Source of the DNA: an uncultured delta proteobacterium
GTDB taxonomy: Bacteria > Myxococcota_A > Polyangia > Haliangiales > Haliangiaceae
NCBI GenBank assembly: GCA_963848295.1
Contig: CAWKDB010000002.1
Location: 832,001 to 896,000, forward strand
DNA length: 64,000 bases
Direction of reading: 5' to 3'
In this document: positions 22,616-36,010 of the stretch, in pieces
Numbering within the stretch: the stretch's first letter is position 1
Layout of the letters: each line of letters opens with the position of its first letter
Notes under the pieces: generated by a model
Databases searched by the model: none
The model's input: the letters and a program-made list of their open reading frames with translations, nothing else
What the model was told of the DNA's origin: nothing
Position numbers and translations under genes: made by a program

Positions 22616-24184
22616 CTAGCGCTTCCGGTCGGCTTCGAGGTAGGCGACGAGCGCATCGACGAGGTCGTCGGCGAGCGCGCGCGACGCCGGGCGCTGGCCG
22701 GCGGGGATGTCGTTGACGATGATCGCGAACGCGATGACGTGGCTCGCCGAGACCGCGATGTAGCCGGCGAGTGAGGTCACCTTCGCGAGCGTGCCGGTCT
22801 TCGCGCGCACCCTGCCCTTCGCGTCGTGTCCCGCCCAGCGCTTCGCGAGCGTGCCGTCGACGCCGCCGACCGGCAGCGACGCGAGCAAGTCCGGGCCGAT
22901 CCGGAAGTCGGCGTTCGCGGCCTCGAGCACCTGGACGAGCTGACGCGCCGAGACCTCGCTCGCGCCGTACAAGCCGGAGCCGTTCTCGGCCCGGTAGGCG
23001 CCGTCGGGCAGGCCGATCGTCGCGAGGTAGGCGTGGACGGCGGCGACACCGTCGGCCCACGTGCCGGCGCCGGGCGCGGTGCGAGTCTCGGCGCCGAGGG
23101 TCTTCAGCACGGTCTCGGCGACGTTGTTGTCGCTCTGCTTGTTCATCTCGCGGACCGCGAGCGCGAGCGGTGCGCTGTCGTGCGCCGCGATCAGCTTCGC
23201 CGCCGGTGGCACGGCGCGGACCGCGACCTGGCGCCTGGCGATCTTGACGCCGCGCTCGGCGAGCGCATGGCGCAGCACCTCGGCGGCGAACCGCGCCGGA
23301 TCGTCGACGCGCTTGCGCGTGTCGTAGCTGCCGTCGGCGGGGCAAATCTGACCGGTGACCTCGATCTCGAGGCGGGTCGCTCTGGGCTTCGCGTCGACCT
23401 TGATCTTCGTCCGCCCGGTCGCGATCGTCTTGACGTCGGCCTTCGTGATCTTGATGTAGTCGCCCGCGTCGGGCTCGAGCGTCACCTTCGCGGCGCCGCC
23501 AGGCTCCGGGGTGACGACGACGGTCACCGCGCCGTGCGCGACCGACAGCGAGGCGACCGGTGCGCGATAGCCGGCGCGCTCGTTCGGTTGGTCCGTGAAG
23601 TGCGGCGGCTCGACGACGCCGTCGAAGTAGCTCGTGTCGACGACGAGCCCGCCGGCGACCGAGCGCACGCCGCGCGCCGCGACGTCCGCGGCGAGCGCGC
23701 GCAGATCGGCTTGCGACAGCGTCGGATCGCCGCGGCCGCGGATGTAGAGATCGCCGGCGACCTTGCCGGTCGCATCGTCGAGATCGTCGGCGTAGACCGC
23801 GGTGCGCCAGCGAAACCCGCCGCCGAGCTTCGCGAGCGCCGCGGTCGTGGTCAGCAACTTCGCGTTCGACGCGAGGTTCAAGCCCACGTCGCCGTCGTGG
23901 GCGAACAGCTCCTTGCCCGCGGTCAGGTCCCACACCGCGACGCCGATCTTGGCGTTGCCGAGCGAGGGTCGCCCGCTGATCGCGGTGGCGAGCTTGCTGT
24001 CGAGCCAGGTCGTGCGCGCCGCCGGGTCACTCGGGGCGACGAGCGGGCTGGCGCTGCCCGCGCCGACCTCGTCCTCGTCGTCGCTGCCGGCCGCCGATCC
24101 CGCCGTGGGGTCGGCGCTCGCATGCGGCATACTCAGCAACGCGAGCGCGCCGAGCGCCGCGATCACCCCGCGAGATGTCCACAC
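22616..24184 (-). CDS. dacB: D-alanyl-D-alanine carboxypeptidase/endopeptidase (PBP4, peptidase S13)
   Basis: ASNAK (SxxK), GRGDPTL, SDN (SxN), ENGSGL, AKTGTL. Confidence 0.93.
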   Translation of the reverse strand: MWTSRGVIAALGALALLSMPHASADPTAGSAAGSDDEDEVGAGSASPLVAPSDPAARTTWLDSKLATAISGRPSLGNAKIGVAVWDLTAGKELFAHDGDVGLNLASNAKLLTTTAALAKLGGGFRWRTAVYADDLDDATGKVAGDLYIRGRGDPTLSQADLRALAADVAARGVRSVAGGLVVDTSYFDGVVEPPHFTDQPNERAGYRAPVASLSVAHGAVTVVVTPEPGGAAKVTLEPDAGDYIKITKADVKTIATGRTKIKVDAKPRATRLEIEVTGQICPADGSYDTRKRVDDPARFAAEVLRHALAERGVKIARRQVAVRAVPPAAKLIAAHDSAPLALAVREMNKQSDNNVAETVLKTLGAETRTAPGAGTWADGVAAVHAYLATIGLPDGAYRAENGSGLYGASEVSARQLVQVLEAANADFRIGPDLLASLPVGGVDGTLAKRWAGHDAKGRVRAKTGTLAKVTSLAGYIAVSASHVIAFAIIVNDIPAGQRPASRALADDLVDALVAYLEADRKR

Positions 24185-25707
24185 GCCTTCACGCTATCAC
24201 GCTCGCGCTGGTGATCGCCGCCGCCTGCTCCGGCCGTCGCCGGACCCCGGACGACACGATCGTCGTCGCGATCGAGACCCCGATGACGACGCCCGACCCG
24301 CGCCACGACATCAACAAGATCGACGAGAAGCTGGCGCGCCTGGTGTGCGCTGGCCTGACCGCGCTCGACTCGCCCGACATGGTGCCGCGGCTCGAGCTCG
24401 CCGCGAGCGTCGATCGCGTCGACGACGTCACCTGGGACGTCACGCTCGAGGCCACCGCGAAGTTCTCCGACGGCTCGCCGGTCACCGCCGACGACGTCGC
24501 GCGCACGTTCCGCGAGCTGATCGATCCCGAGTCGCAGAGCGAGTTTCACAAGGCGTGGACCGAGCGGCTCGAGTCGATCGACGTCACCGGCCCGCGCAGC
24601 GTGCGGTTCCACTTGAAGACCCCGCTCGCGACGATCTTCACCGACCTCGACTTCGGCATCCTGTCCTATCACGGGGTGCCGCCCGGCGAGAGCGCGCCCG
24701 ACGTCGTGTGCGCCGGGCCGTACGTGCTGCGCGAGCTGACGTCGCAAGCGGCGTTCCTCGACGCGAATCCGTACTACCTCGGCGGCCCGCCGAAGCTGCC
24801 CCATGTCGAGATCAAGTTCGTGCGCGACGCGAACGCGCGGATCCTGATGCTCGTCGGCGGCTCGGTCGACCTCGTGCAGAACGGCGTGCGACCGGACCTC
24901 GTCGACGATGTCGCCGCCGATCCGAACCTCCGCATCGAGACCGGCCGCAGCGTGATCCTGACCTACATGCTGCTCAACAACGACGATCCGCTGCTCGCGG
25001 ACGTCCGCGTCCGCCGCGCGATCGCGCTCGCGATCGATCGCAAGTCGATCATCGCCGCGCGGTTCCTCGGTCGCGCGATCCCCGCGATCGGCCTGTTGCC
25101 GCCGACCCACTGGGCGTTCGAGCCCGACGTCGCGCGCTACGACTTCGATCCGGTGCGCGCGGGCGAGCTGCTCGATGCCGCGGGCCATCCGCGCGGGCCC
25201 GACGGCGTGCGCTTTCACCTCGTCTACAAGACGTCGTCCGATGACTTCCGGGTCGCGGTCGCGCACGTCATCGCGGCGCAGCTCGCGAAGGTCGGCATCG
25301 ACGTCGAGGTTCGCCCGTTCGAGTTCGCGACGTTCTTCGCGGACCTCAAGCGCGGCAACTATCAGATCGCGACGATGCAGACCGCCGACATCACCGAGCC
25401 GGACTTCTACTACACGTACTTCAACTCGACATGGATCCCGAGCAAGGCGAACCCCGACGGCTACAACCGCTGGCGCTACCGCAACGCCCGGGTCGACGCG
25501 CTGACCATCGCCGGCCGGCGCGAGCTCGACCAGGCCAAGCGCAAGGTGATCTACGGCGAGGTCCAGCGGATCGTGGCCAGCGACGTCCCGATCGTGCCGC
25601 TCTGGCACGAGGACAACGTCGCGATTACCGGCGCGGACCTGCGGGGTTACACGATCGTTCCCAACGCCGGGCTGACCGGCTTGATCGGGGTTACGAAGCA
25701 TCGCTGA
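24175..25707 (+). CDS. ABC transporter substrate-binding protein, family 5, lipoprotein
   Basis: AAAC lipobox, KFSDGSPVTADDV, AGPYVL, LADVRVRRAIALAIDR; no permease nearby. Confidence 0.9.
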   Translation: MSTRLHAITLALVIAAACSGRRRTPDDTIVVAIETPMTTPDPRHDINKIDEKLARLVCAGLTALDSPDMVPRLELAASVDRVDDVTWDVTLEATAKFSDGSPVTADDVARTFRELIDPESQSEFHKAWTERLESIDVTGPRSVRFHLKTPLATIFTDLDFGILSYHGVPPGESAPDVVCAGPYVLRELTSQAAFLDANPYYLGGPPKLPHVEIKFVRDANARILMLVGGSVDLVQNGVRPDLVDDVAADPNLRIETGRSVILTYMLLNNDDPLLADVRVRRAIALAIDRKSIIAARFLGRAIPAIGLLPPTHWAFEPDVARYDFDPVRAGELLDAAGHPRGPDGVRFHLVYKTSSDDFRVAVAHVIAAQLAKVGIDVEVRPFEFATFFADLKRGNYQIATMQTADITEPDFYYTYFNSTWIPSKANPDGYNRWRYRNARVDALTIAGRRELDQAKRKVIYGEVQRIVASDVPIVPLWHEDNVAITGADLRGYTIVPNAGLTGLIGVTKHR

Positions 25708-25761
25708 CCGGCTCGGCGCGCTTCCCCGCGCCCGCACCGTGTGGTACCTACGGTTGCTGAA

Positions 25762-26021
25762 ATGGCCGCCATCGACCCCGCCGTGGAAGAGCTCTTCGTC
25801 GGCATCGCGCATGCGCTGTTCGTCAATCGCTTGCACGTGCTTCGCCTGACCGAGGTCGTTCGCCTCGGCATCAAGCCGGACCCGCACGACCAGAACATGG
25901 AAGTGCCGCCGGACATCGACAAAGAGTTGATCAACCAGGCGTTCGCGTACGTCCAGCGCCACTTCCCGCCCACGTTCGCGACCAAGATCGAGACCGCGAA
26001 GGCTCGCTGGGTCCGCCTGGC

Positions 26022-26025
<4 letters not shown>
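25762..26025 (+). CDS. Small hypothetical protein (87 aa)
   Basis: Host-like codon usage and plausible helical sequence; fills the gap before the convergent rarA. Confidence 0.7.
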
Positions 26026-27344
<1,319 letters not shown>

Positions 27345-27518
27345 GGGTTTCCTTACCGCGTCGCCAGGGATCTCGCGAGCATGTGTGTGGCTGTCGTTAT
27401 CCCCGTGCTGGAGACACCTCACCCGGCAAGTGGGGCTGTCGCGCGGCGCGTCGTGGCGCCGGGTTCATGGGTTAACCGCTACCTACCCGTGGCACCGACC
27501 TTGCTCCTTGTCGGGAGC

Positions 27519-28043
27519 ATGTTGGTCGACGAAACCGCACCGCCCTCCGGCGGTGCTGCCGGTCTCGGGCAAGCCGTGACCGTCGAAGTCGTCTACCGGT
27601 ATCGCGCCCTGCTCGGGAAGTGCGACCTGGGCCTGGGCCTCGACTGGGACGAGATCGAGCTCGTCACGATGATCGAAGCGACGTTCGCGCCGAGCTCCGA
27701 CGATCGACGGATGAAGACCGGCCGGCGGTTCCGCCGCGAGCGCGTGGCGTTGCCGGCGCTGATTCGCGGCGACCGGATCAACGATCGGATCGAAGTGTGC
27801 GAGCTCGGGCCCGGCGGCTTGGTCGCGCAGGCGGCGCCGTTCATCGCGCATGGCGAGCGGGTCGAGATCGTGATCGAGCTCGCCGATCGCAGCTATCGGT
27901 TCGCCGCAGATGGCGTGTGGATGAAGGACGACGTCACCGACTATCGGGTCGGCCTGCGCTTCGTCGGCATCCCGGTGTGCTTGCACCGCGGCACGCCGGG
28001 CGAGAAGACCGACGTGCTCGAGCGCATCTCGGCGGCGGCGTAG
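27519..28043 (+). CDS. PilZ domain-containing protein
   Basis: RRFRR followed by ELGPGGL (variant of D/NxSxxG) and terminal VGLRF. Confidence 0.75.
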   Translation: MLVDETAPPSGGAAGLGQAVTVEVVYRYRALLGKCDLGLGLDWDEIELVTMIEATFAPSSDDRRMKTGRRFRRERVALPALIRGDRINDRIEVCELGPGGLVAQAAPFIAHGERVEIVIELADRSYRFAADGVWMKDDVTDYRVGLRFVGIPVCLHRGTPGEKTDVLERISAAA

Positions 28044-28054
28044 CAGATCGCCAG

Positions 28055-28360
28055 CTGCCGCTGCCGCTGCCGCTGCCGTCGCCGGAGCCGCTGCCGTTGC
28101 CGCTGCCGCCGCTGTCGCCGTTGCCGTCGCCGCTGCCGAGTCCGTCGCCGCTGCCGTCGCCGAGTCCGTCGCCGTTGCCGTCGCCGCTGCCGTCGCCGCT
28201 GCCGTCGCCGCTGCCGCTGCCGAGTCCGTCGCCGCTGCCGTCGCCGTTGCCGTCGCCGCTGCCGTCGCCGTTGCCGCTGCCGCTGCCGAGTCCGTCGCCG
28301 CTGCCGTCGCCGTTGCCGTCGCCGTTGCCGTCGCCGAGTCCGAACAGGTGGCCGCTGCCG
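28055..28360. repeat. Hexamer tandem array A, (CCG-TCG/CTG/TTG)n with recurring CCGAGT units
   Basis: About 50 imperfect 6-bp units read directly. Confidence 0.95.
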
Positions 28361-28409
28361 ACCCCGAGTCGGGAATCGCGGCCGACGTGATCGACCGCGG
28401 GCGATCGGC

Positions 28410-28733
28410 TCAGTGCGTGAGGCGCCAGAGGATCGCGCGGACGTGGTCGAGCGGCTCGTCGACCGCCGCGAAGTCCTCGGCGGTGATGACGCCGCGGGCG
28501 CGCGCGATCAGGAGGGCGGTCGTGAGCTCGCTCGCGCTGCCGGCGGCGCGGCGATAAAAGTCGGGGCGATCGAGCCCGACGCGCATGCGGCCTTCGCTGA
28601 GGTTGAGCGCGACGCTCTCGCCGGCGCGGGCGATCTCGTCGGCGAGTGACTTGCGCGTGCGGCGCACCTTGGCCTCGACAGGGGCGAGCTGCTGCAGGAC
28701 GGCGAGGGCGAAGTCGAGGGCGTAGAACGACAT
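28410..28733 (-). CDS. Four-helix-bundle protein (23S rRNA IVS protein / Avd-like family), copy 1
   Basis: [19 protein letters not shown]...AAGSASEL matches the family pattern L.DQ..RA..SI..NIAEG...A.GS..E; GGAGG RBS. Confidence 0.88.
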   Translation of the reverse strand: MSFYALDFALAVLQQLAPVEAKVRRTRKSLADEIARAGESVALNLSEGRMRVGLDRPDFYRRAAGSASELTTALLIARARGVITAEDFAAVDEPLDHVRAILWRLTH

Positions 28734-28736
28734 GGT

Positions 28737-28969
28737 GATCCTCCGAAGTGAGTGGCCGATGGGTAGGAACGTCTCTCTCTCGCCCGTCGCGCCGCACTCG
28801 CGCGGGTCCCGTGACGAGCGCGGGCACTACGTCCCGCACGCGCCGGTCGATTCAACTCCGCGGCGGTCGATCGCACACGTCGGCGCACTCGGCGCTCGGC
28901 GCGGGACAAGCGCGAAGCGGCGCAGGGCGAGAGAGACGTTCCGCCCACCGGCGCGAGCGAAGGAGCATC
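28737..28969 (-). ncRNA. Putative structured leader/ncRNA 1 (long imperfect hairpin) upstream of four-helix-bundle gene 1
   Basis: Nested complementary arms GCCGGTGGG/CCCATCGGC, GGAACGTCTCTCTCGCCC/GGGCGAGAGAGAGACGTTCC, GCGCCGC/GCGGCGC, GTCCCG/CGGGAC, CGAGCGC/GCGCTCG; core homologous to 29403-29555. Confidence 0.6.
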
Positions 28970-28986
28970 GAGTGCTCGAAGGCCGG

Positions 28987-29366
<380 letters not shown>

Positions 29367-29367
29367 A

Positions 29368-29593
29368 CCTTTCGCCCCTCGCGGCTTCCGATCGCCGGGC
29401 CGTCGCCCTGCGCCGCTTCGCGCCAGCACCGCGCCGAGCGCCGAGACCACCGACGCCTGCGAGGGGCCGCCGCAGAGTTGGGTCGACCGACGCGTGCGGA
29501 GATCTGTGCTCGCGCTCGTCACGGCGCCGGCGCGAGTGCGGCGCGACGGGCGAGACGGCCCCGGCGATCGGTGCGCCGCTCATCCACGAAAGG
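29368..29593 (+). ncRNA. Putative structured leader/ncRNA 2 (long imperfect hairpin) upstream of four-helix-bundle gene 2
   Basis: Nested arms CCTTTCG/CGAAAGG, GCGGC/GCCGC, CCGATCGCCGGGCCGTC/GACGGCCCCGGCGATCGG, GCGCCGC/GCGGCGC, CGAGCGC/GCGCTCG. Confidence 0.6.
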
Positions 29594-29600
29594 CAACACC

Positions 29601-29921
29601 ATGCTCGATGTCCTCGCTCAATCGCTCACCGTCCTCGAACAGCTCGCCCCGGTCGAACCGAAACTTCGCTCGCGCCGCAAGTCGCTCGCCGACGAGATCG
29701 GCCGCGCCGCGGAGAGCGTCGCGCTCAACATCGCCGAGGCGAGCGCGCGCGCCCGGCTCGATCGGCCCGACATGTTCCGCCGCGCGTTCGGCAGCGCGCG
29801 CGAGCTGTCCGCGGCGCTGCTCATCGCGAAGGCGCGCGGCTACATCACCGCCGACGACTTCGCCGCGATCGAGGCGCCACTCGATCGCGTGCGCGCGATG
29901 CTGTTCCGGCTCACGCGGTGA
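29601..29921 (+). CDS. Four-helix-bundle protein (23S rRNA IVS protein / Avd-like family), copy 2
   Basis: [19 protein letters not shown]...AFGSAREL; 68/106 identities to copy 1 by hand, ungapped; AAAGG RBS. Confidence 0.88.
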   Translation: MLDVLAQSLTVLEQLAPVEPKLRSRRKSLADEIGRAAESVALNIAEASARARLDRPDMFRRAFGSARELSAALLIAKARGYITADDFAAIEAPLDRVRAMLFRLTR

Positions 29922-29979
29922 GCGCGGGCGTCGGCGTTGATTCCGCACCTTTGCCGGATTCAAACCATGTCCGTACCGG

Positions 29980-30018
29980 CCGACGCCGAAGCCGTATCCG
30001 ACGCCGAAGCGGTCGCCG
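29980..30018. repeat. Short degenerate CCG-NNN hexamer array downstream of four-helix-bundle gene 2
   Basis: CCGACGCCGAAGCCGTATCCGACGCCGAAGCGGTCGCCG. Confidence 0.55.
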
Positions 30019-30093
30019 CGTGTGTCCGCACGCTCGCCGCGTTGCTCGCCGAACGGTCCAGTGGTACCACCGTCCTCGAAAAAGGAGTCCACG

Positions 30094-30513
30094 ATGGCCG
30101 AGCTCAAGGGCACGAAGACCCACACGAACCTCAAAGAAGCCTTCGCCGGCGAGTCGCAGGCGAACCGTCGCTACCTCTACTTCGCGAAGGTCGCCGACGT
30201 CGAAGGCCACACCGACATCGCGGGCTTGTTCCGCGACACCGCTGAAGGCGAGACCGGCCACGCTCACGGCCACCTCGACTACTTGAAGCGCGTCGGCGAT
30301 CCGGCGACCGGCGAGCCGATCGGCGATACGACGAAGAACCTCAAGGCGTCGGTCGCGGGCGAGACCTACGAGTACACGCAGATGTACCCGGGGTTCGCGA
30401 AGACCGCTCGCGAAGAGGGCTTCACCGAGATCGCCGAGTGGTTCGAGACCCTCGCCCGCGCCGAGCGCTCGCACGCCGGCCGGTTCCAGAAGGGCCTCGA
30501 CGCCCTCAAGTAG
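30094..30513 (+). CDS. Rubrerythrin-family di-iron protein (short form, no rubredoxin domain)
   Basis: [47 protein letters not shown]. Confidence 0.93.
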   Translation: MAELKGTKTHTNLKEAFAGESQANRRYLYFAKVADVEGHTDIAGLFRDTAEGETGHAHGHLDYLKRVGDPATGEPIGDTTKNLKASVAGETYEYTQMYPGFAKTAREEGFTEIAEWFETLARAERSHAGRFQKGLDALK

Positions 30514-30527
30514 GGTACACCCGGGGC

Positions 30528-31115
30528 ATGAGCCTCGTCCGACCGATCACGAGGCGGGACATCAAAGGCCCCGCCCTCTACGCGGTGATGCGCGATGACT
30601 ATCGCGACCGCGTCATCGAGCTGAAGAAGGCGCGGCGGGTGAGCGTCGGCGACCGCGTCGAGATCGTATTCGACAACCGGCACACGCTGACGCTCCAGAT
30701 CGAAGAGGCGTGCCGGCTCGAGAACCTGACCCGCGATGATCAGATTCAACCGGAGATCGATCAGAGCAACCAGCTGATGCCGACCGAGACCTCGCTCGCG
30801 GCGACGCTGTTCCTGCCGTTGCCGTCGGATGTCGACGCGCGCGTGGCGATGGGCGAGCTGGTCGGCCTCGACGAGCACGTCGTGCTCGCGATCGGCCCTC
30901 ACGTCCTGCGCGCCGTGTTCGAGCCCGGACGCTCGACCGACGAGCGGATCTCGGCGGTGCAATACCTGCGGTTCGAGCTCGCGCCCGCGGTCAAGGTGGC
31001 GCTGCGCACGCCGGGGACGCCGCTCGTCATCGAGATCGATCACCCGAACTATCGCCACCGCGTGGCGTGCAGCGAAGCGCTGCGCGAATCGCTCGCCGCC
31101 GATTACGATGCGTAG
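30528..31115 (+). CDS. DUF3501 family protein
   Basis: [10 protein letters not shown]...F.N..T...[24 protein letters not shown]; family usually found next to short rubrerythrins. Confidence 0.8.
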   Translation: MSLVRPITRRDIKGPALYAVMRDDYRDRVIELKKARRVSVGDRVEIVFDNRHTLTLQIEEACRLENLTRDDQIQPEIDQSNQLMPTETSLAATLFLPLPSDVDARVAMGELVGLDEHVVLAIGPHVLRAVFEPGRSTDERISAVQYLRFELAPAVKVALRTPGTPLVIEIDHPNYRHRVACSEALRESLAADYDA

Positions 31116-31608
31116 GCTCGCGCTCGCGCTGCTCGTCGCGTGCGGCGGGCACAAGCCCGTGGACTCCGCCCCGGCGACCCCGTTCGCGTGTCGCGATCGA
31201 CTCGCGAGCTACGTCGCGACCGGCGGCTTGAGCGGCGACGAGATCGGCGTGCAGATCGACTGCGCCGAGGTCGGCCCGCGGATCAAGCGCTGGCGCAGCG
31301 ACAAGGCCGGCACTCGGCTCGACGACGCGCGCGGCCTGACCCCGCAGCAGTTCGACGGGCTGTGGGACGAGATCGATGCCACCGGGTGGCCGAACCTCAA
31401 GAACTGCACGAACGGCTCGGGCGACAAGCACGACCCGGTCTGGACGTTCGACGTCAAAGACGATCAGAACAAGGCGTCGTTCAAGTGTCAGGCGCGCGTG
31501 GCGCCCGCGCCGTACAACTCGATCGTCGATCCGCTCGACCTCGCCGCGAATCGCGGCACGCACCAACTCGGCGGCGACGAGCCGGCCGGCGCGAAGGCGG
31601 ACAAGTGA
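31108..31608 (+). CDS. Hypothetical lipoprotein
   Basis: [14 protein letters not shown] signal/lipobox; four more Cys; host-like codons. Confidence 0.7.
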   Translation: MRRLALALLVACGGHKPVDSAPATPFACRDRLASYVATGGLSGDEIGVQIDCAEVGPRIKRWRSDKAGTRLDDARGLTPQQFDGLWDEIDATGWPNLKNCTNGSGDKHDPVWTFDVKDDQNKASFKCQARVAPAPYNSIVDPLDLAANRGTHQLGGDEPAGAKADK

Positions 31609-32303
31609 CCGAGCTGTCGGGGTCGACCGCGATCGTCACCGGCGCGAGCCGCGGCATCGGGCGCGCGATCGCGATGCGGCTCGCCGAGCACGGGGCCGAC
31701 GTCGCGTTGTGGGCGCGCGATCAAGCGGCGCTGCGCATGGTCGCCGGCGAGATCCACGCCGCGCGCGGCAAGGCGCGATCGATCATGGTCGACATCACCG
31801 ATCCTCAAGCGGTCGAGCGCGCCGCCGATCTCGTGCGCGCGACGATGCCGCCGGTGCGCACGGTCGTGAACAACGCCGGAGCGGTCCTGCGCAAGTCGAC
31901 CGAGGCGATCACCGACGCCGAGTGGCGCAAGATCATGGCGGTCAACCTCGACGGCACGTTCGCGGTGACGCGCGCGTTCCTGCCGGATCTGCAGCACAAC
32001 GCGGGGCGTGTCATCAACATCGCCTCGATCGCGGGACGGCAAGGCACTGCACTCCTCGCCGCATATTGTGCGGCGAAGCACGGGGTCATCGGCCTCACCC
32101 GCGCGCTTGCCGAGGAGCTGCGCGCTGCTAAGGTCTCGGTGAATGCGATCTGCCCGGGAAGCGTCGATACTCAGATGCTCCGCGAGGGCATGCCCGGCGC
32201 GAGGCCGGACATGACGCCCGATGATATCGCCCGTACGGTGGTGTTCTTGGCGATCGACGCGCCGGTCGCCCTCACCGGCACTTGCATCGACGTCTTCGGT
32301 TAA
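31605..32303 (+). CDS. Short-chain dehydrogenase/reductase
   Basis: TGASRGIG, VNNAG, YCAAK, NAICPG. Confidence 0.93.
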   Translation: MTELSGSTAIVTGASRGIGRAIAMRLAEHGADVALWARDQAALRMVAGEIHAARGKARSIMVDITDPQAVERAADLVRATMPPVRTVVNNAGAVLRKSTEAITDAEWRKIMAVNLDGTFAVTRAFLPDLQHNAGRVINIASIAGRQGTALLAAYCAAKHGVIGLTRALAEELRAAKVSVNAICPGSVDTQMLREGMPGARPDMTPDDIARTVVFLAIDAPVALTGTCIDVFG

Positions 32304-32324
32304 GCTGGAGGCAGCAAGCACATC

Positions 32325-32993
32325 ATGCCAGACCTGCTTGCTCCCCCCGATCCCGACGCGCTCTCGGCCCTGCCGATCTTCCCGCTGCCGAATTGCGTGC
32401 TGCTCCCCGGCGGGATGATGCCGCTCCACGTGTTCGAGCCTCGCTACCGCGAGCTGACGCGCGACTGCCTCGCCGGTCACCACCTCATGGCGGTCGCGAG
32501 GCTGCGGCCCGGCTACGAGACCAGCTACTACGGCCGGCCGCCGGTCTACGACACGTGCGGCGTCGGTCGGATCATCTGCTCGGAGGAGCTCCCCGATGGC
32601 CGGTTCGCGCTGCTGCTGCGCGGTGTCGCCCGCGCCGAGATCGCGCGCGAGCTGTCGGTCGAGCGGTCGTATCGCATGGTCGAGGCGCGCGTGCTGGCCG
32701 ACTCGTGCAAGGACGAGCAAGAGGCCTTCGAGAATCAGAAGCGGCTGATCGCGCTCTGCGATCGGCTCGCCGAGGTGATCGATCAGGGCGGGCCTCAGCT
32801 CCGCGACCTCGTACGCGCGTTCCAGACGCCGGGTGCGTGCGCCGATGCGATCGCCGCGGCGCTCGTCATGGACGTCGACGCGCGCCAGGAGCTGCTCGAG
32901 GCGTGCAACCCGGTCGTCCGGCTCGAGCGCACGCTCGCGCACGTCAGCCACATGCTGTGCGAGCTCGCGCCGTGCTCCGACGTCGTCAATTGA
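32325..32993 (+). CDS. LON peptidase substrate-binding domain protein
   Basis: LPIFPLPNCVLLPGGMMPLHVFEPRYR, LPDGRF...G..R. Confidence 0.9.
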   Translation: MPDLLAPPDPDALSALPIFPLPNCVLLPGGMMPLHVFEPRYRELTRDCLAGHHLMAVARLRPGYETSYYGRPPVYDTCGVGRIICSEELPDGRFALLLRGVARAEIARELSVERSYRMVEARVLADSCKDEQEAFENQKRLIALCDRLAEVIDQGGPQLRDLVRAFQTPGACADAIAAALVMDVDARQELLEACNPVVRLERTLAHVSHMLCELAPCSDVVN

Positions 32994-33024
32994 CCGGGCG
33001 ACTCGGTCGCTCCGACATCCCGAC

Positions 33025-33528
33025 TCAGGGATCGCCGCGCCGCACGATCTCGACGCGATCGAGCACGACGTCGCCGCAGCACGAGAGGCCGCCGTCGACG
33101 TAGATCGAAAGTACGAGCGGCTCGACGCGAGCAACATCGATCGCAACGGTCGCGTGCTGGTTCGCGAACTGCGCTCGGGATGTCTGCGGGACCGGATCGT
33201 CCGGACGGCCGACGAGCACGACCATCCCATCGGTGCACTCGGTCGGTCGGTGATGCACCGTGATCGTCCACAGCCCGGGTCGATCGATCTCGACGAGCCG
33301 GTGCCTCGCGCCCCCCGCGGCGGTGCAGCAATAGCGGGTCGCGATCCCCTCCGGCTCGAGCGTCGAATCGTTGACGAGCTCCCACAGTGGCGCGACGAGC
33401 GGGATCGCGACTGCGCGTGGCGCCGGCGCTGGCGGCGGCGGTGGCGGTGGCGCGCAGCGCACGGGCTCGGGGTCGCGAGCTGAGCTGCATGCTGTGACGA
33501 GACCGATCACGAGAGCGATGACGCGCAT
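33025..33528 (-). CDS. Hypothetical lipoprotein
   Basis: VTAC lipobox, Pro-rich linker, beta-rich domain with two CC pairs. Confidence 0.6.
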   Translation of the reverse strand: MRVIALVIGLVTACSSARDPEPVRCAPPPPPPPAPAPRAVAIPLVAPLWELVNDSTLEPEGIATRYCCTAAGGARHRLVEIDRPGLWTITVHHRPTECTDGMVVLVGRPDDPVPQTSRAQFANQHATVAIDVARVEPLVLSIYVDGGLSCCGDVVLDRVEIVRRGDP

Positions 33529-33597
33529 GCGAGCGAGACAGGCGCGCGATCGCCGGGTTGCGTCACGTAGTTGTCATCGCGACCGCGCGACGATCAA

Positions 33598-34682
<1,085 letters not shown>

Positions 34683-34686
<4 letters not shown>

Positions 34687-35294
34687 TTCAGGTGTCCTAG
34701 CTTCTGGCGCTTGGCCTCGAGGTATTCCGCGTTCTCCGCCGTGGCGCCGACCCAGTGCGGCACGACCGCAGCGACTGTCATGCCGGCGCGCTCGAGCCCG
34801 GTCCGCTTGTCCGGGTTGTTCGTCATCAGCCGCACCGAGGTGGTGCCGACGTCGCGCAGGATCGCGGCGGCGATCTCGTAGGATCGCAGATCGGCGTCGT
34901 AGCCGAGCTGGAGGTTCGCATCGACCGTATCGGCGCCACGGTCCTGCAGGTCGTACGCGCGGATCTTGTCGCCGAGCCCGATGCCGCGCCCCTCTTGGAC
35001 CATGTAGACGACCACGCCTCGACCTTCGCGGCCGATCCGCTGCAGCGCGAGATCGAGCTGGGCGCGGCAGTCGCAGCGCAGGCTGCCGAGCACCTCCCCG
35101 GTGAAGCACGACGAATGGACGCGCGAGAGCACCGCAGCCCCGCGCGGATCGCCCAGCACCAGCGCGACGTGCTCTTCGTGCGCGATGCCGATCGCGGTCG
35201 CCCCGGCGCCGCCCGGGTTGCCCGTGCGGTAGACCAGGCAGCGAAACTCGCCGTGGGGGGTCGGCAGCCTGGCCTCGGAGTACCTCGTAACCAT
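34683..35294 (-). CDS. ribA: GTP cyclohydrolase II
   Basis: LPTPHGEF, RVHSSCFTGEVLGSLRCDC, QEGRGIGL, LMTNNPDK. Confidence 0.95.
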
Positions 35295-35365
35295 GGGACT
35301 GCGCGTGTATGGCGCCGTCGACGAGGCTTGTCAATCGGCGGCCCGGCACCTATGTTGGGAGGGTC

Positions 35366-35899
35366 ATGGCGGTACGTCCGGTCGTCGTTTGGCCCGATCC
35401 TCGGTTGCGCGAGACCTCCGTCGCGGTCAAAGACTTCGACGCGTCGCTGCGCGAGCTGTACCGCGACATGTGTGACTCGATGTACGCCGAGAACGGGCTG
35501 GGCATCGCGGCGCTCCAGCTCGGCGATCCGCGGCGGATGTTCATCGTCGAGCCCAAGCTCGCCGGTCGCGGCGAGGCGGATCCGCCGGTCGCGTTCATCA
35601 ACCCGGAGATCCTGTGGACGTCCGACGAGCAGCAGGACAGCGAAGAGGGCTGCCTGTCGTTCCCGGAGATCTACATCAAGGTCAAGCGGCCGATGCAGGT
35701 CGTGGTGCGCGCGGCCGGGCTCGACGGCAAGATGTTCGAGATGGGCGGCGAGGCGCTGCTCGCACGCTGCATCCTGCACGAGCTCGATCACCTGACCGGC
35801 AAGCTGCTGGTGGACTTCGTCGGGCCGCTCAAGCGGCAGATGATCAAGAAGAAGTTACAACGCCAAAAAGACGCGGAGTCCGACGAAGCCGAAGTGTAA
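35366..35899 (+). CDS. def: Peptide deformylase
   Basis: GLGIAALQLG, EGCLS, HELDHL. Confidence 0.95.
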   Translation: MAVRPVVVWPDPRLRETSVAVKDFDASLRELYRDMCDSMYAENGLGIAALQLGDPRRMFIVEPKLAGRGEADPPVAFINPEILWTSDEQQDSEEGCLSFPEIYIKVKRPMQVVVRAAGLDGKMFEMGGEALLARCILHELDHLTGKLLVDFVGPLKRQMIKKKLQRQKDAESDEAEV

Positions 35900-36010
35900 G
35901 GACCCGCGGCGGCGCTGTCGCATCGCCTTGCAGGGCGGCGGCCGGCGAACGCGCAAGCTTGCAGGATCGCGTGAGGGCTTGCTGGCCTCCGATTTGCTCG
36001 TATCCGGGCC

